Source of the DNA: Folioceros fuciformis
Taxonomy: Eukaryota
Reading direction: 5' to 3'
Length of the DNA: 64,000 nucleotides
Assembly (NCBI GenBank): GCA_049999805.1
Contig: JBNGIO010006231.1
Location: 198,451-262,450 of the forward strand
Under the pieces are notes generated by a model. It did no database searches. It saw only the letters and a program-made list of their open reading frames with translations, and was not told the DNA's origin. Positions 25,638-35,530 of the stretch are shown here, piece after piece (the first letter of the stretch is position 1; every line of letters begins with the position of its first letter). Both the position numbers and the translations under genes were made by a program.

Positions 25638-25647
25638 GACCTTCCAC

Positions 25648-28299
25648 TTATTCACAAGGTATGTTCGCTGCTGACAAGTTGCACACCTTTCTTCCATCTG
25701 AAGAAAGAAAGGCGTGTGACTTGATAGAGGCGAACATATCTGACGAAGAAAGCTGTCTCAGCGTTGCATGAATATTGTCAGACTCGGGGTGCTTTTTGTC
25801 CCCAACCACAAAAGCATGCACCACTCCGTCTATTCCAGTCCACCAGCTCTCTCCTGGCTGCTTCCAGGCACCCATTCCTTTTCTCCTTGCGTGCATCTCC
25901 TGTGCCTGCTCCCACATTTGGGCACCAGTGTATATGTTCGACATCAGAACATAAGCAGAAGGGTCTCTACTGTTTTGCTTCACAGCTTCGTCGAAGGCCT
26001 GGCGTCCCACCTCCACGTTGCTCCATTTCTGACAAGCAGCTAGCAGTGTGTGCCAAACTGAAGCATTAGGTGCCACAGGCAGTGACCTTGCGAACGTTAG
26101 TGCCTCATCCACTCGGCCTGCACGACCCAGGAGATCCACCATGCATGCGTAGTGCTCTGCCGTGGGGATGATGCCATAACGTCTGCTCATCGACTCAAAG
26201 TAATCTCGCCCCTTTTTAACCAAACCAGCGTGACTGCATACTGCTAGGACATTGAGGAAAGTGATGTTGTCTGGCTGTATTTTATCCTCTCTCATTCTGT
26301 GAAATAGGGAGAAGACCAAGTCACTCTCGCCTTGTCTGGCATAGCCAGCCAGCAGCGCATTCCAGGCAACAGCATCTTTGTCGTGCAACATGTGAAACAC
26401 CCGCTGCGCATCCACAGTGCTGCCAGACTTTGCATACATATTTATCAAACTGACCGCTAGATGCGCATCAACTTGAAGACCTTGCTCTTCGATCTGTGCA
26501 TGAAGCTGTTTTCCCAGATCGAGTGCTGCCACATTTGCACATGCCTGCAGGAGGGACACAAATGTCACAGCATTAGGGGCAGCTCTGCCTTCTCTTAACA
26601 TCGTTCTGTACAGGCGAAAAGCTTCCTGCCCCATCCCCTGCTGGGAATACCCTGCTATCATGGCATTCCACGTCACAATGTCCTTTTGACCAACTTCAAG
26701 TCCGCTAAACACACCCAGCGCATCCTCCAAGCTACCACATTTGACATACATGCTTACCAGATTGTTGGCTACGTACACATAATCTTCATGACCTCGTTCT
26801 TTAACTTGTACATGAAGCTGCTTCCCCTTCTCCAAAGCCCATGCACCCACACTTGCACAAGCCTGCAGGAGGCACACGAATGTCACAGCATTGGGGACAG
26901 CTAATCCTTCGTCTTGCATGGCATTGTAAAGGTGAAGGGTTTCCAGACCCATTCCCTGCTGGGAATAGCCTGCTATAAGAGCTGTCCACGTCACCACATC
27001 CTTATGATCGAGCCTGTCAAACACACGTTGAGCGTCTTGTAAGCTGCCACACTTTGCGTACATGTTCACCAAACTGTTGCTAACAAACACATCATGTTCG
27101 TGTTCTTTCTCTCTGATCTGTTGATGAAGCTGCCTGCCCATCTCCAAAGCTGTGGTGCCCACAGTTGCACATGCCTGCAGAAGGCACACAAGTGTCACAG
27201 CATCAGGTGCAGCAGCGCCTTCTTCTCTCATAGCACTGTAAAGATGTAGGGCTTCCTGGCCCATGCCCTGCTGTGAGTATCCAGCTATCATGGCATTCCA
27301 TGTTACCACATTTTTTTTACCAAGCTTGTTGAACACTCTTCGAGCATCTTCCAAGCTACCACACTTCGCATACATGTTTACTAGGCTACACCCGACGACC
27401 ACATCGGACTGAAATCCATACTCTCGAATCTGTGCATGAAGCTGCCTGCCCTTCTCCAAAGCTGGACCACCCACACTTGCACACGCCTGCAGGACGCACA
27501 CAAATGTCACAGAAGTAGGTGCAACAACGTCTCCCTTCAGCATATCGCTGAAAAGACGAAGGGCGTCAAGGCCCATGCCTTTCTGAGAATATCCTGCTAT
27601 CATGGTATTCCATGTCACAACATCTTTTTGACCAATTTCATTAAACACTGCTTCAGCATCTTTCAAGCTGCCACACTTTGCGTACATGTCCACCAGGCTG
27701 TTACACACAAACAAATGACGCTCCACCCCACTGGCCAACAGATCAGCATGCACCTGCTGTCCGGTTTCCAAGTCTGCTCCCCTTGCACAGGCCTGAAGGG
27801 CCGCCACAAACACATGGCCGTCTGGCTTCACGCTCGACCTGCGCATCTGGTAATACAACTCTATAGCCTGCCGATCTTGTCCATGTCCAACATGAGCGGA
27901 AATTATGGCAGACCACGTGAAGGCATCTGGTTCGGCCATCTCCCTGAACAACTCCATTGCTTCTTGCAACTTGGCGTGAGACGCATACATTCTCACGACG
28001 TGGTTGCACAAGAACGTGTCCGACCCATACCCCTCTCTCACCGTGAGGGCATGGACACGGCGACCCAGGACGAGGTCCTTTGCGACCACACATTTCTTCA
28101 CGACACCATAAAGCAAAGATCGAGAAACGGGTACTTGGGTCTGCACCAGAACTCCCAGAGCCTCGACAGCCTCGTTCAGTAGCCCCTGCTCACATAGCTT
28201 TTTCATGGTCTCAACCCTTGCTGTCCCATCATACTCTGCAGGCCTGGGAACGGCACGACAAAGCCCGGTGCAGTTGGTTATGGGGGCTGGACTACCCAT
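25648..28299 (-). CDS. PLS-class PPR protein (organellar RNA-editing factor type): E1-E2 plus WW-type PG box, truncated before the DYW active site
   Basis: Repeated P-L-S triplets (VVTWNAMIAGYSQQG / VTFVCLLQAC / SLVNMYAKCGS), then P2-L2-S2, E1, E2 and PGESWWTGIDGVVHAFVVGD. No HxE or CxxC follows. First in-frame ATG is 28299; an upstream exon is possible. Confidence 0.93.
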   Translation of the reverse strand: MGSPAPITNCTGLCRAVPRPAEYDGTARVETMKKLCEQGLLNEAVEALGVLVQTQVPVSRSLLYGVVKKCVVAKDLVLGRRVHALTVREGYGSDTFLCNHVVRMYASHAKLQEAMELFREMAEPDAFTWSAIISAHVGHGQDRQAIELYYQMRRSSVKPDGHVFVAALQACARGADLETGQQVHADLLASGVERHLFVCNSLVDMYAKCGSLKDAEAVFNEIGQKDVVTWNTMIAGYSQKGMGLDALRLFSDMLKGDVVAPTSVTFVCVLQACASVGGPALEKGRQLHAQIREYGFQSDVVVGCSLVNMYAKCGSLEDARRVFNKLGKKNVVTWNAMIAGYSQQGMGQEALHLYSAMREEGAAAPDAVTLVCLLQACATVGTTALEMGRQLHQQIREKEHEHDVFVSNSLVNMYAKCGSLQDAQRVFDRLDHKDVVTWTALIAGYSQQGMGLETLHLYNAMQDEGLAVPNAVTFVCLLQACASVGAWALEKGKQLHVQVKERGHEDYVYVANNLVSMYVKCGSLEDALGVFSGLEVGQKDIVTWNAMIAGYSQQGMGQEAFRLYRTMLREGRAAPNAVTFVSLLQACANVAALDLGKQLHAQIEEQGLQVDAHLAVSLINMYAKSGSTVDAQRVFHMLHDKDAVAWNALLAGYARQGESDLVFSLFHRMREDKIQPDNITFLNVLAVCSHAGLVKKGRDYFESMSRRYGIIPTAEHYACMVDLLGRAGRVDEALTFARSLPVAPNASVWHTLLAACQKWSNVEVGRQAFDEAVKQNSRDPSAYVLMSNIYTGAQMWEQAQEMHARRKGMGAWKQPGESWWTGIDGVVHAFVVGDKKHPESDNIHATLRQLSSSDMFASIKSHAFLSSDGRKVCNLSAANIPCE

Positions 28300-29247
28300 C
28301 CGCACATCCAGAATGTAAGCTGGGTTTTCCAACTTTTCCTCATTTCACCAGATTCCAGGCCAACGGGGATCCTTGGACGTTGCCAGGCATCACACCAAGC
28401 AGATTGACCCGAATCGCATTATAGTTGCTCCGTTCAGGATGTGACCAAAGGCGGTACATGGGGAGCTGTTACAGGATTTCTTGCGGATCGTGCTGTTCAA
28501 GGTATTGGTGACAGTATCACTGCTTCCTGAACTATGTAGACGAAGACCTTGGTTCAGGATTGCTCTGAAACTCTCCGTAACCAGATTGTGTGTCACGAAC
28601 AGGCGGTGTCAAGGTCCCCAAATCTTCCGTTGCAAAGAGAACTAGTGCTACAAACGAGCTGCCTGGGTGCACATGGACTGATCATGCGTGGACATAGAGT
28701 GTCTGTGCACGACGAATGTGGAAGGAATGAACACGAATGTACGAAACCACCTGCGGACCTTGATAGAAAGGGGAGCCGCGGATGGTGAACTGCGGTGCCT
28801 GCGACAATGTCTGGGACGTCCACAGCGTGATCGGGGCAGCGACTTCAAAGCTGGCCTCATAACTCTCAGAAGGTCGCGCGCCCTGGAAGGAGGGCGATCC
28901 GCAATCTGTCCAGAATGTGTTTACACGATCATCTCCCCGACAGACACAGTTCACTAGATGGAGTTAGGGCTTTAAGAGCAGGGAGCACCGCTGTATTGGT
29001 CACGGCACAGGGATATCCAAAGTGCGGTTTCTGGAATACTTGTTCCACGGTCAGCTGTGGCACGATGGGACGTCAGGAATCGGACTTCGCTGTATCTAAT
29101 GCCCGTCTGCGGGTGGAGCTGTGCTAGACACCTTAGCGGATGCCATACTTATACGAAATTGTCGATTCTTTGTACTCCAGGACTGTATCCCTCTTTGTCA
29201 GCTCGCCACGGATCACCCAAGCCAGCATCCCTACAGGTCCTACAGCG

Positions 29248-31684
29248 ATGAGGAAGGCTAGTCTTGAAGACACGCCGGCGGGCGCTCCCGTTGTGGTGCT
29301 ACTTGCAGTTGTGTTAATGGTGCCGATCTTCTGCCCTCGTTTGTATGACAATCCATCAGCGTGGCGGTCCACCCTCTTTTCGGTACACAATTTGATAGGC
29401 ATTTCGATATCTGAACATTTTTGCTAGTAGCCCTTTGACCAATATTTGTACGCTATTCTGCAGGAATGGGAGCCACCGAGGACTTGGCATATAGATCTGT
29501 TAGATTCCATTGTGAAAGCACGTCTGGTAGTGGCTTGTCCTGTGACTGCCATCAGTGATTTTCGCATCAAACAAGGAGTTTTCGAAGGCAAAGTAACTGT
29601 CTCTGGACCTGTTCTGCAGAGTGACGAAAAACCATCAGACTTGTGGACACCACCTCAACCAGAAGGCTGGCGGCCCTGTTCGTTTCCCACGACGAATGGT
29701 CCTGGTTTGTTCCCCGCTCTCAGAGAACATGTCATGAAGCATTGAGCAGGGTCAGTAAAGGCACTTCTTTCTTGGTTTTGTCTTGATTCGCGCAATTGGC
29801 TTCCTGTTCAGATGAACCAGGGAACGCTGTAGGGTACGTTCAGGTCTTTCTTGAAGGTGGCCTGAATCAACAGCGTATGGGGGTTGGTGCCGTGCTCTGT
29901 TGTTGAGTGGGATATCTTCTGCGATGACTATATTTCCTCACTGCAAATGAAACTTGGGTTGCAGATCTGCGATGCTGTTGCTGTGGCAGCTTTGTTGAAT
30001 GCTACTCTTGTGCTTCCACACTTTGACGTGAACCCCTTTTGGAAAGACTCCAGGTGCCCGATTCATGAGCCTGCACCTTAAGAGGATGTGATCACTTCTC
30101 CGGAAGCGTGTTCTGGTCCGAATATTGTTGTTTGAAATGACTCGTTTGCAGCTCGTTTGCAGATATATTTGATGTGGACCATTTTATTAGATCCCTTAAA
30201 GGGGTTGTGAGGGTTGTGAAAGAACTGCCAGAACGATACAGCTGGAGCACTCGTGAATACTACGGCACCGGGTTCCGTGCCACCAGAGTGAAAACTGCAC
30301 CATCTCTCGCATCACCTGATTGGTACATAACAAATGTATTGCCCTTGCTACAGAGGTATGTTTTAAGGTTTTCCTTTGCCTGGCGCTGCTTAACGTGTTG
30401 GTTAATGTCCCTTCTTTTGCACGAGTAATTATGGAACTAATTAACTTCCATCTCTTCTATCAGCCATGGCATTGTTGCGATCGCTCCATTTTCCCACAGA
30501 CTGGCTTTTGATGGCATCCCGTATGAGATTCAGAGGCTTCGCTGCTGGGTCAACTTCGAAGCCTTACAGTTTGTGTCAACAATTACGTCACTGGGGGATG
30601 CCATCGTGAAGCGGCTGCATTTTTCGCAGTCGATGCCATCGGAGAAAGTAAAGTGGGATTCTCTTTCGGCTTCTGGAGTGCAGGGTCAACCTTTCAAGTA
30701 TGTGGCTCTACACCTGAGGTTTGACAAAGTAAGCTGCTCCTGATGTGGAATCCTTTTTGGGTAATCCTTGTGAGGTAGCAGGTGGTTTACTGCACTGACT
30801 TTTGCCTTTCGCTGGTGCAGGACATGGCTGCTCATTCTGCCTGTGACTTTGGCGGTGGCAAGGCTGAACGGCTTGCACTTGCAAAGTACCGACAGACGAT
30901 GTGGCAAGGGCGAGTCAAGAAGTCTTCCTTCTCAGCGGAGCATCTCCGTGAGCATGGCAAATGCCCATTGACTCCTGAAGAGATTGGGATAGCGTTGGCG
31001 GCCCTTGGTTTCGACAGCAGCACTCGAGTTTACTTGGCTTCTCACAAGGTAACCTTCAAATCCTTTTGTCTGTCGTTTCTGTCTGCTTGAGAGCAGGTTT
31101 GCCACCGAGTCAACTTTGTTGAGTAGATCTTCCATCTCATCTTCTAGGTGTATGGTGGCAAAACACGGATGTCTGCACTACGCCAATTATTTCCCCTCCT
31201 GATGGACAAGAAGAGTCTGACGACCGACGAGGAGCTGAGACCATTCCATGGCAGAGCCTCACTATCTGCAGCACTGGATTACTATGTGTCACTACACAGC
31301 GACGTTTTCATTTCAGCATCACCAGGGAACATGCACAACGCGCTGGTATGATCTTCACGTTCAGCATCAGTTGCATGCACTGTTCTTGGTAAAAAATGAT
31401 CTTCACGTTCAGCAGCAGTTGCATGCACTCTTCGCTTACGCTCTCTGTCCTCATGTGCGCAACAGGCTGGGCACAGGACCTTCCAAAATGTGCAGAAAAC
31501 AATCAGACCTGATATGAAGTTATTGGCCGGACTTTTTGCCAATACCACCATATCTTGGTCAGACTTCTCTCAGAAAGTTGTGCTTGGCCATAGGTACAGG
31601 ATCGGGCACGTCAGGCTTCGGCAGCCCGACCAATCCATTTTTACATATCCTGCACCTGACTGCATGTGCAAGGATATCAGCTAG
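29248..31684 (+). CDS. Second GT106 / O-fucosyltransferase-family glycosyltransferase, intron-rich
   Basis: N-terminal TM segment, then WRPC, VFLEGGLNQQRMG|ICDAVAVA, WSTREYYGTG, LHLRFDK|DMAAHSACDFGGG, CPLTPEE and YPAPDCMC. Confidence 0.92.
31348..31429 (+). repeat. 34-bp direct repeat (1 mismatch) inside the last intron of the second GT106 gene
   Basis: ATGATCTTCACGTTCAGCA(T/G)CAGTTGCATGCACT at 31348-31381 and 31396-31429. Confidence 0.9.
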
Positions 31685-31899
31685 TTTCCGTATGCTTTGA
31701 ACGTAGATGCGTCAAATCCTGTCGTGACATTTCCACGTTGCCCTATGCATCTCATTGCAGCAATTGGGGTTCACCGCCGAACCATCTCCTGTGAGACTCG
31801 GACAAATCATGCTATGTAGGTGTACCCCTCAAAGTTTGCGTCGACGAGGCCTCCTGCGTCTTGATGTCTAAAATCCCCAAGTAAATCTATCAAAAATCA

Positions 31900-33322
31900 G
31901 CTCTGTTTTCTCCTGCACGGGATTCTGCTTAGACTTCCCCTTCCTTGCTTCCTGCATAGCTTGTTAGGCTCGCCTTGAGAATCAACCTGAGAAACGAGTA
32001 TTCCATGTTAACGTGGTCTTACGATAAGAGACGGTGAGTAGAAACAAAGAGAAGGGGTGAGCAGAAACGACGCGGAGGGGCTCACCCTGCTAGCAACAGT
32101 GACTTGAGCATCTGCTCTCTTCTGCTCTTGGTGTAACTCGCTTCATCCTTGCAAGAGAGGGGATGAGGACCCTGAAACAGTGAAGACATGGGCATCCATG
32201 TGACGTTGCTCCTCCACTCAACGCTCCTGCGTTCAAAGCTTGCAAGACGCGCAACAAAAATAATCCGTACCTCTGATTTCTTTCTCTAAAAAAAGCGGGT
32301 TGCGCTGAATTCCTAGAGGCTTCGGCTGTCTTCTAGAAGAAGGAACACGAGGGTTGTCCTCGTCGTCGTCATTCCGTTCACTGTCAGCCTTCACAATCCT
32401 CGTCTTATCTTCTCGAGCTTCCAACATTTTGACCTCCGCGGGCTTCAAGTGGGATCGAGATTTTGACATCTGTGGGTTTCAAGTGGGATCGATTCAACTC
32501 ATTTCGACGTGCCAGCGCTTGTTACTTGTCAGACGGTGGCTCAATGACTTGATGCTTCATTTTAACACAGAGAGGTGCTCCACCATTAAACTGCCAGGAA
32601 TTGCATTTTCACACTGTTAGTATGACTAAGAATCTTTCTCAAGACTACGCACATCAGAGGACGCAAGGTAAACCTTTCGAAACTTGTTCCTGAGTTCCAC
32701 ACCTTGAGTTGCAACGAAGTAATGTTCCGAATTCTCGCGGGCAAACAAGTCCTCCAGACGGTCCCCTGCAGAATTTGAACTTTCATGGTTGCACCTGTTA
32801 CCGGGTGAAACAATTCAAAACCAGTTTCTCGCCTAAACTCATGAATCAACCTAGATGAAAGCGTATCCAGGTACTGTGCAACGCCAGATTCCTTGCAGCC
32901 AAAGCAGTCTCCGACAAGTCATTTCCCACCAGACTTTTCAACTCACAGCACTGAACACATGATTACAGACAGCAGGAGTATACACGCAACCGCCAACCCA
33001 AGCCCAAAGATCATCTCTTTAACATTACGTGGTCACGAAAATTCTGTTTGCACCTCCAGGCGACGGAGGAGGAGGTCATTGAGCTCCCCAAGAATGCAAG
33101 AAGGTGCCATCACAGAGCACAAGGAAGCAACGGCTCCCTGAAGCCTAAATAGGTTTGGTAGGGACGCACACGTCGGCGCATCTGGTTGTGCTTCTTCACC
33201 CCCATGTCGAAGGACTCGTTTACCCCAGGCTAAGGCGAGTCTAGGGTTTAGGGTTTACCTGGCCTGAAGCACATTTGTAAGTGGTCATGCGTAAAATCTT
33301 GTTCCCTCTTCCTGACTCGATC
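31900..33322 (-). pseudogene. UTP23: Decayed UTP23 (Fcf1/Utp23 PIN-domain rRNA processing factor) with retained introns
   Basis: Collinear fragments: RVRKR, GFREP (33145-33131), VLCDGTFLH, ELKSL..AARNL (exon 32950-32851), NSEHYFVATQ (exon 32765-32703), RSHLKPAEVKML, RKK|GPHPLSCK (exon from 32171). Frameshifts and stops lie between them, and no in-frame ATG was seen at the expected start. Confidence 0.75.
33242..33256. promoter_or_regulatory. Double telo-box (AAACCCTAAACCCTA on the minus strand)
   Basis: Sits just after a minus-strand donor (CAG|GTAAACCCT) of the UTP23 remnant and about 180 bp upstream of the uL4 ATG. Confidence 0.6.
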
Positions 33323-33437
33323 GATCGATTGCTCTCTGGTCGGGAAAGTGTCGATGGATGGTCGGGGTTGTTGGGGACGGGCAGGAATTCGTCGTCATGA
33401 TTGAAGTCAGCGGAGCGAGGGACAAGCACCTGGTGTG

Positions 33438-34202
33438 ATGGCGCTGGTGCGCTCTGGCCTGGCCAATGCTGTGAGGAATTTGTGGTGTTTCCATTCAGGG
33501 AATTTCGGCTCCGGTGCTGTTGCATTACATGTGCTGACCAGGGCCCAAGGCAAGTTGCAGGATCAGGAAGTGAAGGTGACGAACTTTCTGCTGGAAGACA
33601 AGGGGTCCGCGGTTTTGGCCGGGGACGTGTTCGATGTGCCTATTCGGGAGGACATTGTACAGCGCGTAGTCCGGTGGCAGCTGGCAAAGCGGCGGCAGGG
33701 CACGCACTCCACCAAGACCCTGAGCACCGTGAGCGGCACTCGCAGGAAGCCTTACCGTCAGAAAGGCACAGGCAATGCTCGGCACGGAACTCTTCGGGGC
33801 CCGCAGTTCCGGCACGGAGCTGTGGCCCACGGGCCCAAGCCCAGGAGCCACGAGATCGACCTCCCGAAGAAGGTCAGGCGGCTAGGCCTGAAGGTTGCTT
33901 TATCTGCCCGTGTGGCGGAAGGGAAGCTCATGGTTTTCGACTCTGCGGAGCCTCCGTCCCACAAGACTCAGGAAATGGCGCGCTACATCCAAGCCATGGA
34001 TTGCAAGAAGATCCTGTTTGTTGAGGGGTCCGAGACAGTGAACGAGCCGTTAGTCCGGGCTACCAAGAATTTGCACTATGCGGACGTGTTGCCAGTGCAG
34101 GGGCTGAATGTCTACAGCATCCTGCAGCATGACAAATTGGTGATGACGGTGGATGCTATCCAGCGGCTGCAGAATCGACTTCACACTCCCATCTCGAGAT
34201 AA
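33438..34202 (+). CDS. RPL4: Bacterial-type 50S ribosomal protein L4, probably mitochondrial (uL4m), intronless
   Basis: RRQGTHSTKT, RKPYRQKGTGNARHG, HGPKPRSH, LPKKVRRLGLKVALS and GLNVYSILQHDKLV, plus an N-terminal presequence-like extension. Confidence 0.93.
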   Translation: MALVRSGLANAVRNLWCFHSGNFGSGAVALHVLTRAQGKLQDQEVKVTNFLLEDKGSAVLAGDVFDVPIREDIVQRVVRWQLAKRRQGTHSTKTLSTVSGTRRKPYRQKGTGNARHGTLRGPQFRHGAVAHGPKPRSHEIDLPKKVRRLGLKVALSARVAEGKLMVFDSAEPPSHKTQEMARYIQAMDCKKILFVEGSETVNEPLVRATKNLHYADVLPVQGLNVYSILQHDKLVMTVDAIQRLQNRLHTPISR

Positions 34203-34453
34203 AGTTTGGTGGATCGCGTTAGGGTTTATGTCTGAAGTTGCTTGCTTCGTTATCAGTGGCACCTTCCATGGCAGGAAGAAGCGGTATACATGTATTGGTA
34301 GGCGAAGCGAACGTAGCTCTTACGACGACCAGTTTCTGTCTTTGCCTCAGGCTGTGAAGCTGGCCATTGTAATAGGGTTTTAACGGTATGTAAGGAGAAG
34401 CCCGTCTTTAGAGAAGTTCGTTTCAGACTGACCCAACCCGAGGCTGCGTTGCA

Positions 34454-35172
34454 ATGCCGCGCTACACCACATCGCAGACCTACACGGATGGAAATACCCA
34501 GATCGTGGCCCTTCCGGAGAATCAGTCCTCGGAGATTGTAGTATTCAATGATGCACAGTCTGCGGACAGGCGGGATGACGAGGACCTGGAGACGAAGCTG
34601 CGGCGCATCAGCGAGCAGGTCCCCGTGCGGATTAGCAACACCTCTGGTAGTTCTGCTGGCTCTGGATCCGGTGACTTCCATCAGGTCCACTCCTTTCCTC
34701 TGTTTTCTGCTCTTGTTCAGGGTAGCTACGTTGGGTTCTTGCGCAGGGTGGACCATTTGAAGGATTTAGGGCAGAATTCGGGTTGGGTTTCGGTTGCGTT
34801 GGGATTACAGTTCAACAGTGCGGAGTTTGGAGCTGATTCGCAAATCGCTCATGGCTGCAGTATCGGCAGATGCGTCGAAGAGAGCAGGATCGGATTGCAA
34901 GGATGGAGTTGGACTACCAGAAAAGGAAGGAGGAGACAGAATTCATAGCCAGAAGAGAGGAAAGGTTGAGGGCCGCGGAGGAGCGCACGGCAAAGAAACG
35001 AGCCAAGCGTCAAAAGCAGAAGGAGAAGAAAAAGCAGAAGAAATTGGAGTCTGCGAAACCTGAAGCTGGGGCTGGGGCAGGAGGCGGGGATTTGACTGTC
35101 GTCCAGGCCGGGTCAGATGACAGCGATTCGGAGGCGAAGGTGGACAGGAAGGAAGGATCAGATGTGTCTTGA
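34454..35172 (+). CDS. PRKRIP1: PRKR-interacting protein 1 homolog (DUF1168, spliceosome-associated), 2 exons
   Basis: GSSAGSGSGDFHQ|YRQMRRREQ and EERTAKKRAKRQK. Intron 34685-34860 is GT-AG. Confidence 0.92.
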
Positions 35173-35530
35173 CCTTCTAGGATGTCTACCTTAAATTTTC
35201 ATGACGCTCGACCAGTGCAGGGTGGTTCCATGCAGCTTCATGTAAACGAACGAGGGACATCATGCCGTGAACATTCCCAAAAGGAGGGAGAGCTCGTTAT
35301 GAGACAAAGTTCGTTTTTTTGCAGGCCAGACCGGACAGAGTTCTCTCGACCCCAAGGTGGAAACTGGGAGAGGTCCCTGTATCGGTGGCTGCCTGAAGAA
35401 GCAGTTGGGTTTTAGTTGAGGAAGCGAATGTTAGCACAAGATGTCGCTCACCTCGTATTCAGTCTAGAATTTGCCGCTGCGATCGATGTACAATACATCT
35501 GAGTCATGAGCACTCGCGTTAGTGGTGCTG

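Noticed and set aside
26400..27700. Regularly spaced repeats resembling a repeat-spacer array
   Set aside because: They are PPR motif repeats within one ORF, not CRISPR; the context is eukaryotic with no cas genes.
32048..32130. Short complementary segments (GGGTGAGC/GCTCACCC) and a miR156-like purine/pyrimidine tract
   Set aside because: The pairing is too short for a pre-miRNA and there is no match to a conserved mature miRNA; the region is explained by the UTP23 remnant exon and intron.
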